In this document: positions 1-10,137 of the stretch, piece after piece | Layout: each line of letters begins with the position of its first letter | How positions within the stretch are numbered: position 1 is the stretch's first letter | Assembly (NCBI GenBank): GCA_036675075.1 | Contig: JAKFFM010000048.1 | Span: 47 to 64,046, forward strand | From: Bacteroidota bacterium | GTDB lineage: Bacteria; Bacteroidota; Bacteroidia; JAKFFM01 | Length of the DNA stretch: 64,000 bases | Reading direction: 5' to 3' | The notes under the pieces: generated by a model | Databases searched by the model: none | Told to the model about the DNA's origin: nothing | What the model saw: the letters and a program-made list of their open reading frames with translations, nothing else | Program-made: the position numbers and the translations under genes

Positions 1-1
1 T

Positions 2-322
2 TATAAACTCCACAAAAAAAACAAACATTGGATAAAAACAATCACGTTTGACAACGATCAAGCCTTTTCAAAGCATCAACAAATTGGAAAGACCCTGGAG
101 GCTTCAACCTACTTTACTCGTCCATATACCTCGCAAGACAAAGGGTCTGTAGAAAACAGAATCGGAGTAATTAGAAGATTTTTACCAAAGAAAACCGACC
201 TAAACAAATACTCTAATGAAGAAATCGCTATCATTGAGAAGAAAATAAATAATAGACCAGTTAGAAAATTTAATTATCAAACACCATATCAAGTCTTCCA
301 GAAGAAATTGTCGCGGTTATAA
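2..322 (+). mobile_element. IS30-family transposase, C-terminal (DDE-domain) fragment; the 5' part lies outside or is truncated at the window edge
   Basis: Frame-2 translation reads ...ITFDNDQAFSKHQQIGKTLEASTYFTRPYTSQDKGSVENRIGVIRRFLPKKTDLNKYSNEEIAIIEKKINNRPVRKFNYQTPYQVFQKK*. The FARPY..RG.nEN.NG.iRqylPK...l and lNnRPRk..tP motifs are characteristic of IS30 transposases. The stop is at 320-322. Confidence 0.7.
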
Positions 323-355
323 CTTGAACTTACATAATTTTAAAGTTTCTCCAAT

Positions 356-1027
356 TCAGTTGTTTGGGTTTATGTAGTTTGTAAATCTTAAAACATTATT
401 CAATTGAGGTTCTCTAAAATATAGTTCTGGAACTATATAAGTAATTGTATAGGTTGTTCCCCATAAAATAGTTTGATATATAACCGCTTTGAAAGTTAAT
501 ACTTGATTATCTGTTCTTTCATCATATCTATAAGAAATAACAAGATAGTTCACATTACGAACCTTTCGTTCTTCTAATTTAAAATCATAAACACCTAGAG
601 TACTTGAATTTTTATATTCCTCTTCATATGATTTCCTAAAATCTGCTCCATACAGTTTCTTCATATAATCTAATGGTGAAACTTGAAACACTTTTTGGTG
701 TTTAACTTCATCAGTTTTGGAAAGATTTAAGGGGCCACACATAAGTGTTAGGGTAGCAGAAGAATCTCTATTCAAAGCTCTACATATTGAAAATTCCGAC
801 ATTCCACGATCCTTTTCCCAACCATCAGGAAAGTCAGTTGTCACCCCAAAATAATGATTTGTATAGGTGTTGTTGTCTTGGAAGCTTTCATACTTGTTAG
901 CTTTTCCTATTTCAAGAGATAATTGTTTTTCCTTTAGAAGTGCTTTGAAGCTCTTTTTTTTCACTTGGTCGGTTTGCCCATATACTACAGAGATAGACAG
1001 GAAAAAGAATGGGAAAATGAATTTCAT
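356..1027 (-). CDS. Hypothetical secreted protein (223 aa, N-terminal signal peptide)
   Basis: Long ORF with the hydrophobic N-terminus MKFIFPFFFLSISVVYGQ. No recognisable family motif. Lies in a tRNA-adjacent islet next to the IS30 fragment. Confidence 0.5.
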   Translation of the reverse strand: MKFIFPFFFLSISVVYGQTDQVKKKSFKALLKEKQLSLEIGKANKYESFQDNNTYTNHYFGVTTDFPDGWEKDRGMSEFSICRALNRDSSATLTLMCGPLNLSKTDEVKHQKVFQVSPLDYMKKLYGADFRKSYEEEYKNSSTLGVYDFKLEERKVRNVNYLVISYRYDERTDNQVLTFKAVIYQTILWGTTYTITYIVPELYFREPQLNNVLRFTNYINPNN

Positions 1028-1474
1028 TGAATATTTGAACCTATTTTATTTAGGCTAATATAAGATTCTAACCCTTCCAATAAGGAAGAACACCAAATAA
1101 CCCATAACACATTTATGAAAAGGGTTATATGGAATCAACACAAGAAGCAGCACTACTGGATAACGATATTCGGGTGGTACAATTGGAACTGGGTGGCGTG
1201 TTTGCCTGCAGAAATAGTTTTTAGGTTTCATATTTAAAAACATATTCTAAATGTTTTAAACGGAAAAACAAAAGCCCAAAAATATTTCTCCCTCTTATTT
1301 ATCCTAAAAAGGATAAAAAGAAGACCACCCGATTGAGTGGTCTGTATTCATAGTGGAACCAAACAGAATGAATGAAACGACTCTTTTTTTCATAGTTGGC
1401 AAATATAAAAAGTTCTGAACTCCTGCATATCAGGACTTTCTAGTATATAAATTTATCCTGTTAAACGAACTGAC

Positions 1475-1966
1475 ATGATGAGAAAAACACACCTGGGAAA
1501 ACTGGTTGCAGATGCCAGAATTGATAAACCCACAGAAGAGAAAAAGGAATTGACCGTTGAAGAGGCAGCGCAATATTTTGTGAACGTGGCTGCGAAAATA
1601 TATCTATATAAACTCATCATTAAACGTGATGAGGAAAAACTCTTTGAATTAAAAAACAGGGAGGAACCGATTTATAATTCGATGGAGTATTACAACTATA
1701 AGACATCGTGCGATAGATTGAAAGAACGTATAAAAGAACATGAGGATGAAATAAAAGAACTCGCACCCTTTCTCGTTGAAAAACGAAATGATTTGGTGAG
1801 AGCTCTTGGAATGACAACCCATTTCTCCATGACCGTGAAAAGTGGTGACAGTGCATACCGTCTGTTCAGAGCTACGAACACAACCAACCCGAATGATATT
1901 GAAATCGTGCCCGTGGTAACACATGAAACCTATGGTAGAAGCTCAAACAATCCCCCTCGATTGTGA
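1475..1966 (+). CDS. Hypothetical protein (163 aa), charged and coiled-coil-rich
   Basis: ORF with a plausible ATG start and no family recognised by eye. Located between the IS30 remnant and tRNA-Glu. Confidence 0.4.
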   Translation: MMRKTHLGKLVADARIDKPTEEKKELTVEEAAQYFVNVAAKIYLYKLIIKRDEEKLFELKNREEPIYNSMEYYNYKTSCDRLKERIKEHEDEIKELAPFLVEKRNDLVRALGMTTHFSMTVKSGDSAYRLFRATNTTNPNDIEIVPVVTHETYGRSSNNPPRL

Positions 1967-2108
1967 GTACACCCTTTTGATTATCAGGAGTTTGAAAATG
2001 ACCGTCTGAAATGGCTATAAAAGACCTTTGTAAGTCATTGAAAATGAAGGACTTTACAGAATGGGGTAAATGTGGAGGATTTTGATAAATAATTGATGGT
2101 GGAGAGGG

Positions 2109-2190
2109 TGGACTTTCCAGAAATCCCTATCCATGCGGGTTCCAAAGGATTTCCAGAATATTTTTTTTTGCATTTTTTGCTGGAAAGTCC
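2109..2190. repeat. Inverted repeat GGACTTTCCAG (2109-2119) / CTGGAAAGTCC (2180-2190), with a third direct copy at 2327-2337
   Basis: The 11-bp arms are exact reverse complements separated by ~60 bp that include a T9 run. They lie in the non-coding stretch between a hypothetical gene and the tRNA-Glu 3' end. Confidence 0.5.
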
Positions 2191-2406
2191 AACCATATTT
2201 CCCAGGAATTTTTCCAATTGGAAATCTAAAACTGCAACATGTGATTCTGATGTAACCCCTGATTCAACCATACTTAAAGTTCGTCAATCAGGGTGCGGGG
2301 ATGAAATTTTCAATTGGGAATTTTGAGGACTTTCCAGTGTTTAAGTTCCCACTCGAGTTACCACAAAATACCCCCCCCTGATTATCAGAGGGTGCAGTGG
2401 TAATAG

Positions 2407-2478
2407 TAGCCCGTAGGGGAATCGAACCCCTGTTTCCAGGATGAAAACCTGGCGTCCTAACCCCTAGACGAACGGGCC
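2407..2478 (-). tRNA. tRNA-Glu (anticodon TTC)
   Basis: The reverse complement reads GGCCCGT-TCGTCTAGGGGTTAGGACG-CCAGG-TTTTCAT-CCTGG-AAAC-AGGGGTTCGATTCCCCT-ACGGGCT-A. It has a cloverleaf with a 7-bp acceptor stem (one G-U pair), a GGTTCGATTCC T-loop and a 7-nt anticodon loop with TTC at positions 34-36. CCA is not encoded. Confidence 0.85.
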
Positions 2479-2613
2479 AAAATTTTGAGCGCTTCCTGCT
2501 GTTCCAATGTCCAGCAGTTGTGTTAAGCGGGTGCAAATCTACAAAAAAGAAATTCCCCGCAAAAAAAACTTTAAGGAAAAATGATCGCTGACAATGAAAA
2601 TGTATCGACGCCC

Positions 2614-4164
2614 TTAGTTTTTAAGAAACCTCGACCGTGACGCCTTTGCCGGTGAATTCAGGACTGCGGTGTAATAACCATTCTGAAGGGAGGAAAAATC
2701 AAACGGCAAGCTGTTCTCTCCTACACTGATACTGAAGGATTTAAAAAACACCTGCCGTCCCTGCATATCATACACGATGATCGTAGCTTCTGTTTCTTCT
2801 CCGCTGTGTATGTAAAAGCTTCCTTGTCCATTTACAGGATTCTGGGAAAGCCTGAATCCCTCAAGGTTATCGGTGCTCTTTATCGCAATCTGGTAGGTGT
2901 AACTAAACTTTCCATCAATATCGATCTGCCTGATCCGGTAGTAGGAAATGCCTTCGCCCGGATCTTCATCGGTATAGCTGTAATGCATTTCTGTATTGCT
3001 GTTTCCGGAAGCGGGAATATCTGCCAATGAAGTGAATACCATTCCGTCGATCGAACGCTCAATGATAAAGCTGCGTGTATTGACTTCTGAAGCTGTGATC
3101 CATTCAAGCTGGTTGCCATAAATGGTATGCTTTCCCGTAAAAGACTTTAATTCAATCGGAAGCACCATGCAATTCAAGCTTGCCGTGCCTGTCCAGTCGA
3201 GCGTAAATGAGGTACCGTCGGAGGTAAAATTATCGATCACCATGGCATAGACTTCACCAGCTGTCGCATTGATACAACTTACAAACCCATTTCCTCCGGT
3301 CGCTCCTTCCGATACATTCGACTGGGTTGGTGACAACCCCGTATTGCCATTGCCCGCGTCAAATGTACATCGGATCGGTGCACCGGATGGCGGACAGATA
3401 CTTCCGGCTGTCGATCCGGATGCATAAGGCCCCCAGATCGCAAAGTCATAATCGACGGTGGTTACAATGTTAAAACAGATCGAACCATTCACTGATGGTG
3501 AGAACAAGTACCACGATGACTGATGTTCACCTGCAAGGCAGCCATCTGTCGTGGATGTCAGTTCTGCCGCCCCTGATCCGGAACTGTTCCCGCTTACGTT
3601 CGCATCGGAACAGATGGTGCTTCCTCCGTTACAATCGTTCCCCCCGGCCGTAGCTGTCGTTGCGCACACACTAAAGGATCCCTGGTTGGCTGAAGAACTT
3701 TCAACCATGAGATAATAAGTCTGACCGGGGACAAGATAGTTTCCTGTAACAGTCACAGACCCCGCACCCACACTGGTATTGCAGCCCATTATACATAAAC
3801 TGGAACCCTGAGCCGGACAGGCTGACGAATAACCAGAACCCGGAGGACAGGTCGTCCCATTTGATATCAATGCAAGATCCGCACTTTGGATCCCGGTAGA
3901 GTTCAATGTGATGTCAATGACTGGAGAGGTAGCGGTAAACTGCAAAAAATATTGAGAAGTACCTGAAGCACAGCCACCTGTAAGACAGGCGGTCACTCCT
4001 GCGTTGCTACCGGTTACACATGCCCCTCCAACCGTAACCGTCGGTGCGCCGCATATTGCATTAGCCACCGAACCATAGGTAGTTGAACAAAAGGCAGCCT
4101 CAGCTTTTTCAGAAAAACCGAAAAACAAAAGAAGAAGAAATAGAACAAGTTGTCTTTTCATCAT
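2614..4164 (-). CDS. Cys/Gly/Ser/Thr-rich secreted protein with a T9SS (Por) C-terminal sorting domain
   Basis: Signal peptide MMKRQLVLFLLLLFFGFSEKAEA. Extremely Cys-rich (CSTTYGSVANAICGAPTVTVGGACVTG...). The C-terminus ...ATIIVYDMQGRQVFFKSFSISVGENSLPFDFSSLQNGYYTAVL matches the ~80-aa T9SS CTD pattern. Confidence 0.65.
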   Translation of the reverse strand: MMKRQLVLFLLLLFFGFSEKAEAAFCSTTYGSVANAICGAPTVTVGGACVTGSNAGVTACLTGGCASGTSQYFLQFTATSPVIDITLNSTGIQSADLALISNGTTCPPGSGYSSACPAQGSSLCIMGCNTSVGAGSVTVTGNYLVPGQTYYLMVESSSANQGSFSVCATTATAGGNDCNGGSTICSDANVSGNSSGSGAAELTSTTDGCLAGEHQSSWYLFSPSVNGSICFNIVTTVDYDFAIWGPYASGSTAGSICPPSGAPIRCTFDAGNGNTGLSPTQSNVSEGATGGNGFVSCINATAGEVYAMVIDNFTSDGTSFTLDWTGTASLNCMVLPIELKSFTGKHTIYGNQLEWITASEVNTRSFIIERSIDGMVFTSLADIPASGNSNTEMHYSYTDEDPGEGISYYRIRQIDIDGKFSYTYQIAIKSTDNLEGFRLSQNPVNGQGSFYIHSGEETEATIIVYDMQGRQVFFKSFSISVGENSLPFDFSSLQNGYYTAVLNSPAKASRSRFLKN

Positions 4165-4580
4165 TCAATGCTTTTTACCAGGACATTCGTTGTAAAGTAA
4201 ACCGACTTCAGTTCTTTGATCTTATCAGGCAAGGGGAATGTCATTTGAGCATAAGGGATCAGCCTGAGGGTCATGCCTGTTTTTTCAAAATACCTGGAAA
4301 ACTCATGTTCTGCAAGTCGCATGTTTTCAAAGCGGAAAACATCAAAATCCGAAGGGTCTGCAGGTACACAATCCTGGCAAGCTGAAAAATCAACCTGATA
4401 GGAGTTGTTGAAATAATATACGATCGCATCGTATTCCGCCTTATCATGACGCAGCACGCTATCCAGTTCAGATTCAGCATAATGCTTCCATACTGAATTA
4501 TGTATAGAATGGCTTTGGCTGTAAGAAGTCCTGAAAGCCACCAACAAAAAGAAAAGGATAATTCCGGATAGAAACTTCAT
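4161..4580 (-). CDS. Hypothetical small secreted protein, translationally coupled to the upstream T9SS cargo gene
   Basis: The most plausible start is MKFLSGIILFFLLVAFRTSYSQ at 4580; the ORF track's longer start at 4664 lacks a signal peptide. Its stop overlaps the ATG of the 2614..4164 gene (ATGA at 4161-4164). Confidence 0.45.
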   Translation of the reverse strand: MKFLSGIILFFLLVAFRTSYSQSHSIHNSVWKHYAESELDSVLRHDKAEYDAIVYYFNNSYQVDFSACQDCVPADPSDFDVFRFENMRLAEHEFSRYFEKTGMTLRLIPYAQMTFPLPDKIKELKSVYFTTNVLVKSIE

Positions 4581-4741
4581 CGCTTTTTTTTTCTGATCAT
4601 TAAACAAATTTAACATACTTGTCGATAAGAACAAGTCTTTCGTTGAAAAAATAACCGCTTCCATCTAAACCAAACGATTTCCATGGTGTATTTTTAAGCT
4701 GTGACAATTACGGATACTTACTTTAGAATCGGAACATCCAG

Positions 4742-6319
4742 ATGAACAATAAGGTTATCTCAGCTAACAGAAACTACAATCTGCTGCTACTCGCTTTTTT
4801 CGAAGGCGCTGCAGTGATGACAGCGGAACTGGCGTCGGCGAAGATCCTCGCACCTGTATTTGGAACCTCATTGGTTGTATGGGCAGCTGTTTTAGGGATC
4901 ACGCTTCTTGCACTCACGGCCGGGTATTTCGCAGGCGGAAAAGTTTCAACCGGATCCAAAGGATATCTGTACCTGTTCCTGACGCTTGCCATAGCTGGCT
5001 TACTGTTGATCCTGATGCCATATTTTGGAGCATTCATTACAAAACAAACGATCGATCTTGAGATCAGAACCGGATCAACATTGTCGCTGCTGATCTTCCT
5101 TTTTCCTGCACTTTTTATGATGGGAATGTCTTCTCCGCAGATCATCGCATTGCTTCCAGGCTCTCATGACAAGCCCGGTGACAGCTCAGGAAAAGTATAT
5201 GCTATCTCAACGCTTGGCGGGATCTGTTCTACTTTCCTTTGTGGATTCTATCTTCTGCCGGAACTCGGGATAAAAATGTCTGCACTTCTTACAGGATTGC
5301 CTTTATTTATCCTTTCGCTGTTCTATCTTTTCAGGCACACAAAATCGGCATTGCTCCTGCTATTGCCTCTTTTTTTTTTACTTCCTGAATTAAAGAAGAA
5401 TGAAATTCAGAATCCTTCAATCCGTCAGATTTATCATTCGGAAGGAATTCTTGGCCAGCTGCGGGTCGTTGATCAGTACCACTACCTGCCAGATAAAGGC
5501 TGGATTCCCGGCAGAGGTTTGCTGATCAACAATACTTCACAAACCGTAATGAACCTGACTGATCCTTCGTATGATCTCTGGCCTTACTCTTTTCTGTTTG
5601 CGAACCTTGCGAGTGTCTATCCTCAAAAATCCGATGCCCTGATCATAGGCATGGGTGGTGGCACGCTTCTCAAACAATTCAACCGCCTGGGTTTTAATGT
5701 TGAAGCTGTTGAACTAGATAAGCGCATCCGTGATGTTGGCTATGAATACTTTTTTGTCGATCGTAAAAATGTCGTGCATATCGATGATGGAAGACATTAT
5801 ATCAACACCCTCAGAAAGAAATTTGATGTCGTCGCTTTTGATGTCTTCCTCGGTGAAACGCCACCTTCCCACCTGTTCACATCAGAAAGCTTTCTCCAGG
5901 TGAAAGAGATACTTAAACCTGAGGGGATCTTCATCATCAACTTTTACGGCTTCCTGACAGGTGAGCTTGGAAAACCATCACGGAGTGTCTTAAAGACTTT
6001 AAAAAACACCGGCCTGAATACCTTAACGATCGTTACACCTGAAATTGAAGAAAGCCACAGAAATCTTTTTTTTGTCTCTTATAACAAGCAACCACAATTT
6101 GAAACGGCTGATTACTATGAGCCCGGATCACCCAGAATCAGGATCATGGACCTGGTCATTCCTGAAAATAAAATTGACCTGGAGAATGCAGAAGTGCTGA
6201 CCGATGATAAGAATCCCCTGGAGCTTCAGTATGTAAAAGCGGCCACCGAATGGAGGAAAGAAATGAATAAAAGCTTCGCTTCTCTATGGATAAAAGAAGG
6301 TATTCCTGTTTTTAAATAA
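4742..6319 (+). CDS. Polytopic membrane domain fused to a spermidine/spermine synthase-like (aminopropyltransferase fold) domain
   Basis: The N-terminal ~220 aa have multiple hydrophobic helices. The C-terminal half carries spermidine-synthase signatures: IGMGGGTLLKQF (Gly-rich AdoMet-derivative loop), VELDKRI, DDGRHYI and DVVAFDVF. Confidence 0.6.
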   Translation: MNNKVISANRNYNLLLLAFFEGAAVMTAELASAKILAPVFGTSLVVWAAVLGITLLALTAGYFAGGKVSTGSKGYLYLFLTLAIAGLLLILMPYFGAFITKQTIDLEIRTGSTLSLLIFLFPALFMMGMSSPQIIALLPGSHDKPGDSSGKVYAISTLGGICSTFLCGFYLLPELGIKMSALLTGLPLFILSLFYLFRHTKSALLLLLPLFFLLPELKKNEIQNPSIRQIYHSEGILGQLRVVDQYHYLPDKGWIPGRGLLINNTSQTVMNLTDPSYDLWPYSFLFANLASVYPQKSDALIIGMGGGTLLKQFNRLGFNVEAVELDKRIRDVGYEYFFVDRKNVVHIDDGRHYINTLRKKFDVVAFDVFLGETPPSHLFTSESFLQVKEILKPEGIFIINFYGFLTGELGKPSRSVLKTLKNTGLNTLTIVTPEIEESHRNLFFVSYNKQPQFETADYYEPGSPRIRIMDLVIPENKIDLENAEVLTDDKNPLELQYVKAATEWRKEMNKSFASLWIKEGIPVFK

Positions 6320-7027
6320 TCACAGCTTCGCTACAATATCATCATCGTCCTTCTGAAACTTGAAGCCCAGCCTCTTACCTGTCTGGATCTGATTGCTCTG
6401 GCTTAGCTCCATAATATCATTCACTGTGATCTCTTTGACTGCTTCATACGGTGGTGTCAGCAGGTCAAAATCAAGGCAATAAAGGATCGCTGATTCCACT
6501 ATCGCCCTGATCTGATTTTCATCGATCTGACCATTTACAAAATCATTATATAAAAAACCCAGCTGGCGCTTACCTTCCACGAAGAAATGTTTTTCCTTAT
6601 TCACAAAGATCCTCGCAACCAGGTAGCCCAGATCCTGGTACCTGTTGTACTTGAATGAATCTGCCAGGAAGTTGTACACGTTGATCAGACCGCAAAATGA
6701 ATTCTCTTCATGATCCCTCACATAAGGACTCTTCCAGATCGGATGACTCTTATCAAACTCAAACACATTACTGTGCAAATGAAAAACCAGCACATCGCCG
6801 GCAATCTTCAGCTCGACATCAAACTGCCCACGGTCATAATATTCTACGCTGATCCTTTTATCGATCGCAGAAATATCTTTTGATAGCTGATCCGCTTTCT
6901 GCTTCAATACGGCTTTAAGGGTATTGAAAGTCAACTGCGTGGTATGGTAGATATCGGCCTTAACAGACGATTTCTCCCTGATTGTTTTCAGAATCAGCTC
7001 ATGGGTGTTCAGTTTGGATGCTGCCAT
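6320..7027 (-). CDS. Hypothetical protein (235 aa) co-transcribed downstream of proS
   Basis: ORF starts 2 bp after the proS stop. No recognisable motif. Confidence 0.45.
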   Translation of the reverse strand: MAASKLNTHELILKTIREKSSVKADIYHTTQLTFNTLKAVLKQKADQLSKDISAIDKRISVEYYDRGQFDVELKIAGDVLVFHLHSNVFEFDKSHPIWKSPYVRDHEENSFCGLINVYNFLADSFKYNRYQDLGYLVARIFVNKEKHFFVEGKRQLGFLYNDFVNGQIDENQIRAIVESAILYCLDFDLLTPPYEAVKEITVNDIMELSQSNQIQTGKRLGFKFQKDDDDIVAKL

Positions 7028-7028
7028 A

Positions 7029-8501
7029 TCAATAAGCTCTTGCGAAGATCACCCTCTGTTTTGAAGGCTTTCCCGAATAAATGCACGTTCCTTCTTCTTC
7101 ACCATTATTCAAAGGGATACAACGAATCGTTGCCTTGGTTTCTTCCTTGATCTTCTGTTCCGTTTCAGCAGTACCATCCCAGTGAGCATAAATAAAACCA
7201 CCTGAACCGTCGAGCTGCTTCTTGAATTCTTCATAGCTGTCGATCCTGAAGCTGTTTCCTTCACGATATGATTTTGCTTTATTGAACAGGTTTGCCTGGA
7301 TCTCATCAAGCAGCGCAATCACACGGTCTTCAATTCCTTCAAGGCTCATGCTCATTTTCTCACGAGTGTCTCTTCTAGCCACTTCAACAGTGCCACTCTG
7401 AAGATCTCTCTCCCCGATCGCCAGTCTTACAGGAACTCCTTTGAATTCGTATTCATTGAATTTCCATCCTGGCCTTTGTGTGTCGCGGTCATCATACTTC
7501 ACACGAATACCCTGTTTCTCAAGGTTCTTTTTGATCACATTCACTTTTTCAGAGATCTGTGCGAGCGCCTCTTCGGAACGATAAATTGGAACGATGACCA
7601 CCTGTGTAGGAGCAAGCTTCGGAGGCAGTACAAGTCCACTGTCATCAGAGTGTGCCATGACCAGGGCACCCATTAGTCTTGTAGAAACTCCCCATGAAGT
7701 GGCCCATACATAATCCTGCTTTCCATCTTTTCCTGTGAATTTCACATCAAACGCCTTGGCGAAATTCTGTCCGAGAAAATGTGAAGTCCCGGCCTGCAGT
7801 GCTTTTCCATCCTGCATCATGGCTTCGATGCAATAAGTATCAAGAGCTCCCGCGAATCGTTCATTGGCTGTCTTCACCCCTTTTATCACCGGAACAGCCA
7901 TCCATTCTTCAGCAAACACGGAATAAACATCAAGCATTTTTCTTGTCTCTTCAACAGCTTCATCAGCCGTTGCGTGTGCTGTATGTCCTTCCTGCCACAG
8001 GAATTCGGCGGTTCTAAGAAATAATCGCGTCCTCATTTCCCAGCGTACAACGTTCGCCCACTGGTTCACAAGAATTGGCAAATCTCTGTATGATTGGATC
8101 CAGCCTTTATAGGTATTCCAGATGATTGTTTCAGATGTTGGTCTGACGATCAGTTCTTCTTCCAGCCTGGCATCTTCATCAACAATAATAGTCCCGTCAG
8201 GACCGTTCTTCAGGCGATAGTGTGTGACGACGGCGCACTCCTTGGCAAAACCTTCAACGTGCGAAGCTTCTTTACTGAAAAATGATTTCGGTATAAAGAG
8301 AGGAAAATAGGCGTTAACATGGCCGGTTTCTTTAAACATTCTGTCCAGCTCAGCCTGCATCCTTTCCCAGATAGCATAGCCGTAAGGCTTAATGACCATG
8401 CAGCCTCTGACTGCAGAATGCTCTGCCAGGTCAGCTTTCGTAACAAGGTCATTATACCATTTCGAGTAGTCATCTTCCCGATTTGCGAATTCTTTACTCA
8501 T
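7029..8501 (-). CDS. proS: Proline--tRNA ligase (class II, archaeal/eukaryotic-type ProRS)
   Basis: 490 aa. N-terminus [46 protein letters not shown] followed by class II motifs (FPLFIP, anticodon-binding and Zn-binding C-terminal region). These are typical of Bacteroidota ProRS. Confidence 0.9.
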   Translation of the reverse strand: MSKEFANREDDYSKWYNDLVTKADLAEHSAVRGCMVIKPYGYAIWERMQAELDRMFKETGHVNAYFPLFIPKSFFSKEASHVEGFAKECAVVTHYRLKNGPDGTIIVDEDARLEEELIVRPTSETIIWNTYKGWIQSYRDLPILVNQWANVVRWEMRTRLFLRTAEFLWQEGHTAHATADEAVEETRKMLDVYSVFAEEWMAVPVIKGVKTANERFAGALDTYCIEAMMQDGKALQAGTSHFLGQNFAKAFDVKFTGKDGKQDYVWATSWGVSTRLMGALVMAHSDDSGLVLPPKLAPTQVVIVPIYRSEEALAQISEKVNVIKKNLEKQGIRVKYDDRDTQRPGWKFNEYEFKGVPVRLAIGERDLQSGTVEVARRDTREKMSMSLEGIEDRVIALLDEIQANLFNKAKSYREGNSFRIDSYEEFKKQLDGSGGFIYAHWDGTAETEQKIKEETKATIRCIPLNNGEEEGTCIYSGKPSKQRVIFARAY

Positions 8502-8618
8502 AATTTTAATTGTGGTACGGTGTTTGTAAATTCACTATCCAAACGATAGGAAAGCAAAGTTAAACTTTCCCTTTTCAAAGCAGTCTAATTGATAAAAGTA
8601 TTACTAAATAAAAGAGCC

Positions 8619-10121
8619 ATGAAGCCCGTCAGCCTTACGATCGCAGCCACTCTCCTCCTAGCCGGACAGTTGTTCGCACAAAGCAATTCGGACGATGATA
8701 TCTATTACAATCCGAAAAATGCACCTCAGACGACCAAAACTGAAACTGAGAACAAAAACCAGACCGCTCCGGAGAACTATACCGAAAGACAGCAGCAGCC
8801 TTCGACATCAGGTACCACAACAACTGATGACCGCGGGAATACCTATGTTACCAACAACACCTATTACGAAAGCGATGATTATTATGATTACGCCTATGCA
8901 GCGAGGATCAAACGTTTTCACAGAGGTGCCGGCTGGGGATATTATGATAACTACTATACCAACACTTACTGGTATGACTACAATCCTGTAAACTGGGGAG
9001 TCAGCATCTACACTGGTTATAACTGGTGGGGACCAAGCTACTATTACAGCACTTCATATTATCCATGGTACACATACTATGATCCATGGTACACTCCAGG
9101 CTGGTATGCACACAGCCCTGGCTTTGGGTGGGGCTTCTCATACGGATGGAGCTACGGCTACCCTCGTTACTATCCGGGATATTATTCAGGCTATCATCAT
9201 GGTTATAACAACGGATACTGGGCTGGTTACAACCATGGCTATAATCATGGTTACAATCACGGGTACAATGACAACAGCTACTATTATAACTCGTATGACA
9301 GAACAACACATTACTATGGTCCGAGAAATTCTGTTTCTTCAAATGGAAAATCTTCATCAGGTCCGAGGGGCTTCAACCAGAAGTTCGAACAGGCTATAGC
9401 GAGTGAAAAGCCAACACCAACTGAGAACGGTCCGAGAGGATTCGACATCAAGAATGGTAATGCAACCACTCCTTCGCCAAGAACTACAACAACTCCAAAG
9501 GCTGAACCGAGAAGTACAGTACCAGGAAAAAGCGATCCGAATGTGTTCTCTCCAAGAGATCCGAAAGGAGGAGCATCCACTGATCCATCAGTAAGGCCGA
9601 CACCGCGTGAAAATCCGACTACGAATCCTTCAACCAGGCCTGAGCCACGTGGCAATACGACGACAGAACCTGCGACAAGACCAACACCTAGAGATAACAA
9701 CTGGTCAGATCCTTCAACCAGGCCAACACCGAGAGAAAATAACTGGTCTGAACCTGCAACACGTCCTGAACCACGCGAGAATAACAACAACTGGTCACAG
9801 CCGAACACGACACCAACTCCAAGACCACAGCCAAGAAACGAATGGAATGAACCATCAAACAGGCCTGAGCCAAGGAATAATGATTACAATAAACCAACAC
9901 CACGCACGGAGCCAAGGTATGAGCGCAGTGAACCATCAAGCAGACCAGAGCCGCGATCAAACCCTCAACCGTCAACAAGGCCGGCACCTAGAAGCAGCAA
10001 CATGAACAGCTCGCCAGCACCGCGTTCAACACCTAGCATGAGCTCGCCGACACAACGTTCAAGCGGAGCAACAAGATCATCATCGCCTTCCTCTTCACCA
10101 TCACCTCGTCAGAGAAGATAA
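8619..10121 (+). CDS. Secreted low-complexity protein: a Tyr/Gly/Asn/Trp-rich aromatic region followed by ~12 degenerate P-R-x-N/TRPxPR repeats and a Ser/Pro tail
   Basis: Signal peptide MKPVSLTIAATLLLAGQLFAQ (start 8619 preferred over 8589). It contains YYDNYYTNTYWYDYNPVNWG...GYNHGYNHGYNHGYN, then PTPRENPTTNPSTRPEPRGNTTTEPATRPTPRDNNWSDPSTRPTPRENNWSEPATRPEPREN.... No enzymatic motif. Confidence 0.55.
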   Translation: MKPVSLTIAATLLLAGQLFAQSNSDDDIYYNPKNAPQTTKTETENKNQTAPENYTERQQQPSTSGTTTTDDRGNTYVTNNTYYESDDYYDYAYAARIKRFHRGAGWGYYDNYYTNTYWYDYNPVNWGVSIYTGYNWWGPSYYYSTSYYPWYTYYDPWYTPGWYAHSPGFGWGFSYGWSYGYPRYYPGYYSGYHHGYNNGYWAGYNHGYNHGYNHGYNDNSYYYNSYDRTTHYYGPRNSVSSNGKSSSGPRGFNQKFEQAIASEKPTPTENGPRGFDIKNGNATTPSPRTTTTPKAEPRSTVPGKSDPNVFSPRDPKGGASTDPSVRPTPRENPTTNPSTRPEPRGNTTTEPATRPTPRDNNWSDPSTRPTPRENNWSEPATRPEPRENNNNWSQPNTTPTPRPQPRNEWNEPSNRPEPRNNDYNKPTPRTEPRYERSEPSSRPEPRSNPQPSTRPAPRSSNMNSSPAPRSTPSMSSPTQRSSGATRSSSPSSSPSPRQRR

Positions 10122-10137
10122 TCTTAAAAAGACTTCA

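Noticed and set aside
1978-2387. 10-bp direct repeat TGATTATCAG at 1978-1987 and 2378-2387 as att-like boundaries of an insertion next to tRNA-Glu
   Set aside because: It is too short to be significant on its own, and it does not overlap the tRNA 3' end as integrase att sites usually do. It is kept only as a weak note inside the tRNA-islet finding.
2288-2536. 82-aa minus-strand ORF overlapping tRNA-Glu
   Set aside because: It overlaps a well-formed tRNA gene on the same strand and is Gly/Arg-rich with no codon-usage signal, so it is spurious.
8635-10005. Multiple 60-160-aa ORFs on both strands inside the low-complexity gene 8619..10121 (for example 9314..9808 on the minus strand and 9607..10005 on the plus strand)
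   Set aside because: They are by-products of the biased, repetitive composition. Only the plus-strand frame beginning with a signal peptide is continuous over the whole region.
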